Source of the DNA: a virus
Lineage: Duplodnaviria; Caudoviricetes
Length of the DNA: 58,070 nt
Reading direction: 5' to 3' (one strand)
Virus record (IMG/VR): IMGVR_UViG_3300037508_001223
Coordinates: 1-58,070 of that record
A model generated the notes under the pieces. The model had not been told where the DNA came from. It searched no databases and saw nothing but the letters and a program-made list of their open reading frames with translations. Position numbers and translations under genes: made by a program. Below, in pieces: positions 36,745-45,694 of the stretch (position 1 is the stretch's first letter; each line of letters opens with the position of its first letter).

Positions 36745-37563
36745 ATGGACGAATCATTGCCCGATAACATCTTCATGGACGCCGTTCACCCGGACGGTAG
36801 CCGCTTGCCCAAGGACCGGATGACGATTACCCGCCTTCGGGAGTTGGAGAAGATCTCTCCCCAGAGAATATCCCAGTTCCTGGGCGCTCTTCGTGCGGGT
36901 GCCAGTTTCAAGACTGCTGCTGGCATTCTCAACATCAGCCCGATCACAGTAAGCCGCTGGATGGAGCGTGGCAGGGCCTCGAAGAGCGGTCCTTACAAGC
37001 AGTTCCACGATCGTGTCATTGGGGCGATCCAGGTGGCCGCCACAGTCGCCGAGGCCGAGGTAAAGGCCAAGAACCCCTTGGCATGGCTCAAGAATGGACC
37101 AGGACGCCACGTAACGGATGATTGGCAAGACTCGCCTAAGGAAGTGGATGTCGATGTCAATGTCCAGGTCGATGGACAGATCACCACTAACGGGCGTGTG
37201 CAGATCGAACACGTGGATGTGGTCGAAGCATTGAAGCATCTAAAGAACGCTGGTGTATCGCTCGACAGTCTCACCCTTGAAGCGGTGAAGATCAACGCCA
37301 AGACCGAGTTGGACGAGGATGACGAGAACGAAAGCCTAGACGACGAGGCTACCAAGCAAGGCACGAACTACATTGGGCATGGCAAGCACTTCAGCCACAA
37401 TCCGAGCCTTCCAGTGGCCATGCGGGAGCGTGTCCAAGCCATCGAACACAACCCAAAAGCTGCCTCTGCGGCGAATAAAATCCAGGATTCTCTGGAGGCT
37501 GTGGACATCGTTGTTCCCCAGAGAACAATCCTTGAAAGGCTGAAAGCTATCGGCAATAGATAG
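36745..37563 (+). CDS. Putative terminase small subunit (HTH)
   Basis: FLGALRAGASFKTAAGILNISPITVSRW...F...V..A...AE pattern; AAGGAG RBS, ATG at 36745. Confidence 0.65.
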   Translation: MDESLPDNIFMDAVHPDGSRLPKDRMTITRLRELEKISPQRISQFLGALRAGASFKTAAGILNISPITVSRWMERGRASKSGPYKQFHDRVIGAIQVAATVAEAEVKAKNPLAWLKNGPGRHVTDDWQDSPKEVDVDVNVQVDGQITTNGRVQIEHVDVVEALKHLKNAGVSLDSLTLEAVKINAKTELDEDDENESLDDEATKQGTNYIGHGKHFSHNPSLPVAMRERVQAIEHNPKAASAANKIQDSLEAVDIVVPQRTILERLKAIGNR

Positions 37564-37975
37564 TGCAAATATCCTGCTAAGACATAGCTTACCGCTAATT
37601 ACGATAGCTTTGGATATAGCTAACATATTGCCTACCTAAGCCTAAGTCTTAGTGTAGCACCCCCTGAGCTTGAGCGCTCAAGCTCGGGTGGGCGTGTAGC
37701 TATTAATCGGGGGATATGAGGGCGGCTAATTTTTTTGGGGCTTCGTCCTCCCCCCCGGTTCCGGGGAGCCCAAGGGACCCCTAGTAGGGGGGTATATTCT
37801 CTACATTTCCCATATCCCATATAGGCTATTCCCTACGTAGCCTATAATTCCCATTCCCTACGTAGCCTATAGTTCGCATAGGCTACATTTTCCATCAGCT
37901 AACTAGGTTATATCTCCACTTGTGGGGGGATAGCATATCCCTAGAAAGATACCTAGAAAATCTAGGATTCCCTAC
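37564..37975. other. Non-coding repeat-rich region, candidate packaging/terminus site
   Basis: 20-bp perfect palindrome at 37666-37685, tandem ATTCCCTACGTAGCCTATA, G/C runs; directly after TerS. Confidence 0.45.
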
Positions 37976-38063
37976 TGTTCGACACTAGCCAAGTCGATAG
38001 AATTCTTCGTGCGGGGCGAGTGACCCCGCGATGAAATCCAGTTTCAACCAGAGGGGAAAGATA

Positions 38064-38420
38064 ATGAATGATCCGATCAAAGAAACCGTTGATATCGTTG
38101 ATAGTTGGGAAGTGGCTGGATTCACTCCGCAAGAGTCTCGATACTATCGACGCAACGGAATAGGTATTCAAACCGCGTTGAGAATAAAAGCTTTGCCTAC
38201 CGATAAGGCTGACCTATTCCTAACCGTTGTCGGCGCTAAGCTTTCGCCTAGTTGGGAAACCGTCGAAAACCTTATCGAGCAGGTTATCGACGATACTGGC
38301 AAGCTTACACGCATCTCGCGTCTTGACAACGGCGTAGACTATCGTTCAACCGGTGTTTACGATCTCACTTTCCTATCGTCAGAGGGTGTTTTCTACCGCG
38401 TTTCCTTAACCGTTCTCTAG
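38064..38420 (+). CDS. Hypothetical early protein
   Basis: TAGAAT promoter-like site near 38000, GAGGGG RBS. Confidence 0.6.
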   Translation: MNDPIKETVDIVDSWEVAGFTPQESRYYRRNGIGIQTALRIKALPTDKADLFLTVVGAKLSPSWETVENLIEQVIDDTGKLTRISRLDNGVDYRSTGVYDLTFLSSEGVFYRVSLTVL

Positions 38421-38474
38421 TCTCAATTCAGCCTGTTTCCCGTTCTCTAATTCTCTCAATTCAAGGTTTCCATT

Positions 38475-38942
38475 ATGTCGATGAAAATTACCGAAAACTA
38501 TCGTTCTCTCTCGCCTGCCTATGGGCGTGATTTCAAATCGGCAAAAGACGCAAAAGATTCGTTTTTGTCTGGAAAAGATTGGATAGACTCCGCTAGCGGT
38601 TCTTATTGTTCCGTTTCCGACTTCGCAGCTGGTGTAACGGTTAACTTGCGATACAAAAAGCTACACTCGGTTGCTGTGGTCAAGGTGCCGAAAGCATCTT
38701 CAATTCAGTCGGTGAAAGCGATGTTTCGTGAAGTGATACGTGAGGAAAAACCTAAGTTTTTCCGTGTTGTCGCAATTCAACCGGTTACATTTTTCCACTC
38801 AGTGCCCAAGGTTATGGAAACCCTAGGAATCGACGAATCAAAACGCATTACGCTTGCGGTAGGGGAATCGTTTGATTGCCGATATCATTCCGAACAAGAA
38901 CAGTTGCTTGAAATGTTTCCCGAACAACTAGTAAAGGGTTGA
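38475..38942 (+). CDS. Conserved phage early protein (PAYGRD motif)
   Basis: PAYGRDFKSAK...GKDW motif. Confidence 0.65.
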   Translation: MSMKITENYRSLSPAYGRDFKSAKDAKDSFLSGKDWIDSASGSYCSVSDFAAGVTVNLRYKKLHSVAVVKVPKASSIQSVKAMFREVIREEKPKFFRVVAIQPVTFFHSVPKVMETLGIDESKRITLAVGESFDCRYHSEQEQLLEMFPEQLVKG

Positions 38943-38946
38943 AACC

Positions 38947-39177
38947 ATGAACGGGTGGAAAAACTTCCAAACATGGAATGTAAGCTTGTGGATAGATAAC
39001 GATGAAGGTTTGAATCAACTAGCTACGGAAACGAAAAGTTACGCTGAATTCATTCAACGGATTCGCGAATCAAACCCGGATTCTGCTATCGGCTATGAAA
39101 CACCCGATGGGGTGTCATGGAATGATTCCGGAATCGACATTGAAACGATTAACCGAACTATTTTTCAAGGGGAATAA
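38947..39177 (+). CDS. Conserved small phage protein (NGWxNxxTW motif)
   Basis: MNGWKNFQTWNVSLWIDNDE. Confidence 0.7.
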   Translation: MNGWKNFQTWNVSLWIDNDEGLNQLATETKSYAEFIQRIRESNPDSAIGYETPDGVSWNDSGIDIETINRTIFQGE

Positions 39178-39178
39178 C

Positions 39179-39934
39179 ATGACGACTAAGACGGTTGAGA
39201 AGTATTCGCGAACTGACAAGCGGTTACTGGCAACAGTGCCGGGTTTTAGTGGGGGGGAAGTATATTGTTTATTGACCACTAATTCCTATAACCGGAAGTT
39301 GGGGGATATGTTTCAGGTATGGATAATCCCAACAACAGGCCCTTTTCCGGAAAATCAAATCGCTAATTGTTGGGATTGCCCGCTAACCCCTAAAGCTAGT
39401 GGGGGTAATGGGGGATGTTACGTCCCGCGAATTCCATTATATGGATTGTGGAGACAGCTAGAAAACAAGGAAATTCCTAGTTGGCAAGGGGATACCGAAT
39501 TGTTTAGGGGTCGCAAGGTACGTTTTGGGGCATGGGGTGACCCGGTTCTGGTGCCGCTTGCGATAGTTGAACGAATCGTTGGGGCATCTAGTGGCCACAC
39601 TGGCTATACGCATTTCTGGAGATTGCCACAATTCCAGCCTTATCGCAAGTATTTCATGGCGAGCGTGCATTCCGCCCAAGAGGCGCAATTAGCGCATTCT
39701 ATGGGATGGCGATTCTATCTTGTCTCTCGCAAACCAGTTCTACAGGCTGAATTGCCCATGAAAACCATCACGTGCCCAAACGAAAAGACCGGCGTAACTT
39801 GCGAGCGATGCCCCGTCCCTTGCGATGGCGCGGGGGGGAAAATGCGTCTCGTTTCAATCTCCGCAAGTCCCCATGGGAACACTGCCGTTACTAGGTCAAA
39901 AGCTTGGCAAGGGGGGGAACACGATGCCCGCTAG
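39179..39934 (+). CDS. Cys-rich putative Fe-S (gp88/radical-SAM-like) protein
   Basis: NRKLG, CxxCP...GCY, VRFGAWGD, GYTH, CP...CxxC..C motifs. Confidence 0.65.
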   Translation: MTTKTVEKYSRTDKRLLATVPGFSGGEVYCLLTTNSYNRKLGDMFQVWIIPTTGPFPENQIANCWDCPLTPKASGGNGGCYVPRIPLYGLWRQLENKEIPSWQGDTELFRGRKVRFGAWGDPVLVPLAIVERIVGASSGHTGYTHFWRLPQFQPYRKYFMASVHSAQEAQLAHSMGWRFYLVSRKPVLQAELPMKTITCPNEKTGVTCERCPVPCDGAGGKMRLVSISASPHGNTAVTRSKAWQGGEHDAR

Positions 39935-40181
39935 ACCAGAGTATTCCCCCGAATTCGTGCGCCACCATCTACGGCAGAGACTAGGCTACAGGGGACGAGT
40001 GGTAATCGCGTTTAGGGCGTCTGGAAAGCTTACAGTGGGCCCCCCAGACGCTAAGACGGCCGTAAGTCTACCCGACGAACCACAATCGGAATGGCGATTG
40101 TGGAAACGATCCTTAGGGGTTGGCGCATTGTTGGCCATCGTTGGGGACTACCCACCTAGGGAGTGGTCGAAAAAATCCTAG
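39924..40181 (+). CDS. Hypothetical protein
   Basis: Overlapping ORF from ATG at 39924. Confidence 0.5.
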   Translation: MPARPEYSPEFVRHHLRQRLGYRGRVVIAFRASGKLTVGPPDAKTAVSLPDEPQSEWRLWKRSLGVGALLAIVGDYPPREWSKKS

Positions 40182-40297
40182 AAAAGTTTTCAGATAGTGG
40201 GCTTGTCAGTCCGATATCACTTGATAGAATCATGGCATGCGGGGGAAATTGTTTCCCCCGCGATAGTCCAAGAGTTAGCTTAACAGAGGGTCAAACG

Positions 40298-40504
40298 ATG
40301 GCATTAGGCAAGATTGTAACGGAATTGGAAAAGATGGAAGACCGGCTAGATAAGGTAGCAGATAACTATCTAAATCGAGGGGTAGAAGGGAAGGCGGATA
40401 GGTTGTATAACCTGTCAGAACGCATCCGCAAAGCTAGGCAGGAATTGGAATACGTAGTCGACACCTTGGAACGCCAGTTTCCCGGACATAATACATTAGG
40501 CTAG
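40298..40504 (+). CDS. Small coiled-coil protein
   Basis: TTGTCA..TAGAAT promoter near 40203, GAGGG RBS, ATG at 40298. Confidence 0.6.
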   Translation: MALGKIVTELEKMEDRLDKVADNYLNRGVEGKADRLYNLSERIRKARQELEYVVDTLERQFPGHNTLG

Positions 40505-40785
40505 TTCCCCACTAGGCTAGTCGACAACTAGGAATTCCCCCTTCCCCCTCTGTGGGAGGGGCGGGAGCTTCCCCCCAGCTTGAAGGGAGGCATCCCCCCC
40601 GCCTCGGAGGGGTTGAGTGCGGCCTGGACCCGGCGGCCTCTATACGCTATAAGGTGCTCCCCAAAAAGATCTCCCTCCAAAAATGACCTCTCTATACGCT
40701 ATAAGGTACTCCCCTTTCTTCTCTTCCCCCTCTCTCCCCTTACCGCTTAGGGTCCCATCTAAGCGGCTTTAGGTTTCTCTGTGGA
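40505..40785. repeat. Convergent non-coding region with 25-bp direct repeat and hairpins
   Basis: CTCTATACGCTATAAGGT(G/A)CTCCCC at 40638 and 40690; CCGCTTAG/CTAAGCGG hairpin. Confidence 0.7.
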
Positions 40786-41277
40786 TCAGCTAGGTTCTTG
40801 GATAGGAAGTACTTTACAGCCTCCTAGCGGAAAAATAGCCCCGTTTGGCTGCCACCTGCTACCGTCCCAATGAGAGCTTATGTTAGTGTCTTTAGCTAGC
40901 CACTTGCCATTAACTCCCCGATAGACCAACATAGGGTTTGGCTCTGTTTCAATTCCTGTTTTAACCCAGTACCACTTGGCGGACCCATCCTTGGGGTGGT
41001 TGGGCTCGTCTAGCCACTGTGGGTCCCCTTTGGGTCCCATCTGGGACTCCTCTGTAGGTTTCTCCGCCAGAGTCCTGGCTTCGTAGCCATGGACCAGGAG
41101 GTTCATCATCTCCGAGGTATGGACGATGGATTCGATGGAGTGCCTTTTGAGGTACTCCCCTATTTCCATGTTCCCTTTTCGCTCGTAGTTGTCATGGTAG
41201 TAGGCAGTGTATACCACCTTGGCTAGAGGACTGGACATGAACTCTTTCCACACTTTGGCTTTTTCTTCGGGTCCCAT
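40786..41277 (-). CDS. Hypothetical protein with a second in-frame RBS+ATG at 41040
   Basis: Repeated leader GAGAAACCTA..GGAG..CAGATGGGACCC. Confidence 0.55.
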   Translation of the reverse strand: MGPEEKAKVWKEFMSSPLAKVVYTAYYHDNYERKGNMEIGEYLKRHSIESIVHTSEMMNLLVHGYEARTLAEKPTEESQMGPKGDPQWLDEPNHPKDGSAKWYWVKTGIETEPNPMLVYRGVNGKWLAKDTNISSHWDGSRWQPNGAIFPLGGCKVLPIQEPS

Positions 41278-41484
41278 CTGTGACTCCCTTTTAGGTTTCT
41301 CTGTTAGTAGCCGTTGTCTTTGAGTAGGCAAAATTTTCTATACAAGTAATCAATTTCACCTTCCAACATTTGATCTTGTGCTTTTCGACACCAAACTTCC
41401 TCTTTCAGTTTTTCTTTTAGATCCCGTAGATCTGACTCCAAATCCTCAACCCTGTACTTCAAATTTCGGATCTGCGTTTCTTGC

Positions 41485-41703
41485 TCACTTTCCATTGATA
41501 GGTTCTCCCCGCATGTACCATCGACCGTCTTTGGATCTCCATTCATTGCCGCTAGCCACTCCAGTCATATTGGCAACAGGAGTTTTCCACTGAAGGACTA
41601 CGCTTTGAATACTTAGTGGGTTGTAGCCGCTAAATTCAATGACAATCTCAACAGGATCGTACTGGTTGATCCATTCCCTCCAGGTCATTGTTGTTTCTGT
41701 CAT
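41485..41703 (-). CDS. MTWxEW/YDP family paralog 3
   Basis: MTWREWINQYDP...WRSKDGRWYMRG. Confidence 0.7.
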   Translation of the reverse strand: MTETTMTWREWINQYDPVEIVIEFSGYNPLSIQSVVLQWKTPVANMTGVASGNEWRSKDGRWYMRGEPINGK

Positions 41704-42047
41704 TATGCAGATTCTCCTAGCACCTTTTCAATTTCAACATACAACTCTTGGACTTGTTTGCCATCCACGTGTTCCCTACCGGAAGATAAGTGGTACAGCT
41801 TTCTTAGAAGCCCTTTAAGCTCACTGATGTACCTGTCATCAGCATCCAGTATTCCTTGTAGGTACTTAAAGTTGTTCTCAAATCGGCCTACCTCCCTTTC
41901 GAGGTCTCTATACCGCTGTTTCTCAAAAGCCAAGACATCCTTGACGTACTGGAAGTTCCTCTCCAGAACTTCCACCTTGTCTTGGAGTTCTTGGACTTTA
42001 TCTACAGTACGCTCATCCATTCTTATCCCTTTCAGGTAGCTTGCCAA
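41703..42047 (-). CDS. Coiled-coil hypothetical protein
   Basis: Heptad pattern, packed operon. Confidence 0.6.
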   Translation of the reverse strand: MASYLKGIRMDERTVDKVQELQDKVEVLERNFQYVKDVLAFEKQRYRDLEREVGRFENNFKYLQGILDADDRYISELKGLLRKLYHLSSGREHVDGKQVQELYVEIEKVLGESA

Positions 42048-42458
42048 ACACAGATACGTAGTAGGCTTGGTCTAAGGAGTCCAATATCAACTCCAGTATT
42101 TTCATGCTCGGGTTCTGCATTTGTAGAAGCTCCGCAGAAGTTAAGACTTCGGCTATTTGCTTCCTCAAAGGCAGGATCTTGCTACGTTCTTCCTCGTTCA
42201 TAGTCTCTCCCAGAAAAAAACATCACTTCCCGTAGATCAAAGCTATTCAGCCTCCCACTTCGCGATCGTCTTAAGAATTACCTCAGCATCAAAAATTGTA
42301 AGATCCACGAATGACAAGCCTGTAACAAGAGGATCGCACTTTGAGCCTTCTCCTTGTTCTTGCCGAAGTTGTTTTAGGTTGATATCAAGTACCAACCTAG
42401 CACTTCCCACGATGCCTTGGAGCTTATAGACAAGTTGCCGTCTTTTTTCCGGTATCAT
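42013..42458 (-). CDS. Two small hypothetical proteins (42013-42201 and 42243-42458)
   Basis: Packed minus-strand ORFs. Confidence 0.5.
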
Positions 42459-42901
42459 TACGTTTCATGCTCCTGACTAATAGTCTTAATTGCACGTTCC
42501 AGATACCATACTGCTTTTTGTAGGTCTTGTACAGTGGTATCCTTACCTTTTAGGGACTTTTTCTTGGATCTCTTGCTGTTGCTCTTTCGACCAGCCCTGT
42601 AGATGTACTTCATAGCCGTACCTCGACAGTGGTCTATGAATCCATCAATTCCAAGGGCACCCTCAATAGCGTCAATACACTCCACCTTGCCTTGGTAATG
42701 GTCAGGATGATTGACCAGATCACTTTCCAGCTTGTCGTCATCCCATTCGTCAAGCGGCTTAAAATGCAATCCATGTTTTTCAAACTTCGATATAAAATCT
42801 CTAACTTGTGTTGCGTATTCTTCATGTGGAAGCAGCCTGCTGTACATATCCGTTTCGCTATCCCAAATTCGCCGTCCTTTAACCTGATACCTATCAATCA
42901 T
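42458..42901 (-). CDS. DUF3310-like protein
   Basis: VNHPDHY..VECIDAI...G..MKYIYRAG.K...QDLQKAVWYL. Confidence 0.8.
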   Translation of the reverse strand: MIDRYQVKGRRIWDSETDMYSRLLPHEEYATQVRDFISKFEKHGLHFKPLDEWDDDKLESDLVNHPDHYQGKVECIDAIEGALGIDGFIDHCRGTAMKYIYRAGRKSNSKRSKKKSLKGKDTTVQDLQKAVWYLERAIKTISQEHET

Positions 42902-42941
42902 TATATAGCTCCTATGGTTATTTTCTGGGAGAAGAAGAGTC

Positions 42942-44841
42942 CTAGCCTACCTTATCTACTTCACTTTCCCTCTTCGCTTTGATCTCCGCCCACCTGTCGA
43001 CAAGCGTAGTCAGTTCGTATTTAATCAATTCGACATGCTCTGGAACATGCTTCCAACTTGCGATTTCCAATCGAGTAGCCAGTTGGCTAGCCAATCCGCG
43101 AACATAATCCAATCGAGCTTCAAACGATTGTTCAAGGTTCACGTCTCACCTTCCTTCCCTTCCATGTCCTGAGTTGCTCTCAACATCACCTCTTCCATTG
43201 TCAAGGCCACGTAGGCCATCCCCAATTTGGCTAGATTTCCTATGACCTCGTTTGTTGAACCTTTATCATCCGTCATTTCTTTGATCTTACCTGTAGCGTT
43301 TGTCATGTGCTTCTCTTGCCATTCCTTATCGAAGAAGTTGTGCAGCATCTTCGATAGCATCTTCCTAAAATCTATCTCTATAATCACTCGGTCTTTCAAC
43401 AATTTGTCCATTGTCTACTCCTTAATCCTCTGATCCTTTTTCAACATCCCCGCCAGCTTCTTCCACACTGTTCAAATAGTCACTAAGGCACACAGGACAG
43501 CAGAAGTGCAAGTCGTACACTTTCTCCTCCCCATCCTTGACGCAAGTGGTTTTTACTAAGCTCCACCCCAGGTTCCTCCTAAGCACGTTCTCGGCTTCCT
43601 CTGGCCCAAGAGCAATGAACGTGGTCTTTTCCCCACACGCATCACACAAGGCTTGGTAGCATTCCCGCAAAGTCATAGGTATTCCTTTGAAATAAGAGCC
43701 GGAAGCACAGCTTGTGGAGGAGCCTCTATCCGCTTGTGATCTGACCAAAACCACCAGTTGTTCGGATCATGCAACGCTATCGGAGGAAATGTTTCGCTGC
43801 TTGTAACTTGCATCTTACCTTCAATCCAACGCATTTCTGGCTTAGATGTCCACCCATAGATATCACCATTTACCTCAAAATGAAGGTGTTTAATCTCTGG
43901 GCGAAGATTCTTAGGCCAGGAGTAAGAGAATCCTACGATCTCAGCAGGCTTCAATCTTTTCTCCAGATCAGCTACTTTCTCCTCCAGCTTTTCTACCCTG
44001 GCTAGGACTTTGCTGATATCTACACTGTATGACAAGTTAGGCTTCATGTCAATTGCTCCTAAAAAATTGTTCTAGCTTTGAGCGGTTTTCAGGCTTCCAC
44101 TTCCTGACGCTCTATACGCCTCGCTAACGCATCGACAGCGTTTTGGCCATAATCACCCAACCGAGCTTCCCCGACGCAATAGTGAGGGTCGTAGGTGCTT
44201 AGATTCTCATTTTTGAGCATTCGCACCGCCAAAGCCCGAATTCGGATCTGTTCCTGGCACCTTGGGCACCCTTCAAAGCCAAATTCTAGGTCTCGTTTAT
44301 CGCATTCCTTACACAAAAACTTACCTGGGATAGTCTTCACTGTTAGTCCTCCGACTGCCAGATAGCTAAGCGTACTACTGGGTAAATCATTTTTCCTGGA
44401 AAAGACCATCCGTGGCGTCTAATTGACTCTGCTTGAAGCCATCCTACAATAGTTTCTATGTTATCGCTGCACCATTTCTTGCCTTTTTGGTTCATTTCCT
44501 TGATATGAGCTAGACAAGGACATCCTTCTTCGATTTTTTGGCCTAATTTTGCTAGAATTTGGTGTAGTTTGTCTCCTGGTTTCATTCTAAGGCTCCTGGA
44601 TAGGTGAAGTGGGGTAGGGGCGAGCAGTATCCGCCTCTTCGGCAGTCAGCAGGTAGATCTGCTTGGTGTGCTGCTCCTGGAAAAGTGTGAAATGCCTGCC
44701 AAAAGGTGTAGGCAATTCCAGATCAGGGTTGGAAAACGCCTGTGAGAAGAGGTTTCCTAAGAGCCATTGAGGCCCCTGTCCAATGTCCGCTTGGATTTGG
44801 ACTGTATCGGAAACCAGTGTGTCGAAAATCTTACGTGCCAT
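42942..44841 (-). CDS. Run of small hypothetical genes (42942-43142, 43139-43411, 43422-43676, 43673-44047, 44089-44340, 44343-44585, 44587-44841), three Cys-containing
   Basis: Tightly packed minus-strand ORFs, most with GGAG RBS; starts approximate. Confidence 0.55.
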
Positions 44842-44881
44842 TGACTACTCCTAGGCTTGGTTACGTGATTCAGACTAGGGA

Positions 44882-45202
44882 ATCTTACCACAAGCCCTAA
44901 TAGAGTCAATGGGAGTGGGAAAATTTCTTGGGAAATCCCAAAAATGGTTTTTTTCTGGGAGAGAAGAGGTTTAGGTACTTGACTCCCCTTTCCCCTTAAG
45001 CTAGCCTAGGAGCGCAGCGACGACGGCTAGCGCTACTCTTCTCCTTCTCCCTATATATAGGGGGAAATCCCAATAGATTATCTCTCCCAGAAAATAACCT
45101 CTTTAGAGTAGATTATCCCATAGGGGATAAGCCCATCTTCTCTCCCAGAAAAAAACCATTTTTCAGTAAGGGGTAGACTTGAGCTTTCTCTTGGAGTAGA
45201 CT
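44882..45202. promoter_or_regulatory. Divergent promoter region with a perfect 28-bp inverted repeat
   Basis: IR at 44940-44967 and 45136-45163; leftward TTGACT-16-TAAGAT, rightward TAGACT-17-TAGACT. Confidence 0.75.
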
Positions 45203-45233
45203 CCTAGAGTCAACCACTATCCAGGAGAACCAA

Positions 45234-45692
45234 ATGCCAGTCGTCGAAGAAAAAATTCCGTCGCCCAAAGCTGTTCCTACCAAGGTTTCTACACAACCTT
45301 CTGAACCGGATCAGGACGAGGCTTTGTCGGTTGTTGTCGAAAAGCTAGAGCTTCACGATAAGCGATTGAATTCACTTCGAGAGCCTTTTGATGCTCTTCT
45401 CAATCGTTGCAACAACCTCGATGAGCGTCTTCACGAGGTTGAAGGCGTTGTCACCCAAATCGAGACTGGCAAGGCACCGGCGGTGACGGAAATCCACTAC
45501 GACGGTCTCATGCCGAAGGATATCTTCATCGCGGTGCTTGTTGGGGTTGTTCAAGGGTCTATTGCCCAGTACCCGCAGGTTATGAACTCCAAGCCTGCTT
45601 TGCGATCTGCTCACATTGCCAACGCTGTTGATATCGCCAGTGAGTGTGTTGCTGCTGCTGTTCAACGATTGCCAAAATTGAATAAGCGATAA
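45234..45692 (+). CDS. Hypothetical coiled-coil protein
   Basis: AGGAG RBS; directly before TerL. Confidence 0.7.
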   Translation: MPVVEEKIPSPKAVPTKVSTQPSEPDQDEALSVVVEKLELHDKRLNSLREPFDALLNRCNNLDERLHEVEGVVTQIETGKAPAVTEIHYDGLMPKDIFIAVLVGVVQGSIAQYPQVMNSKPALRSAHIANAVDIASECVAAAVQRLPKLNKR

Positions 45693-45694
45693 CC

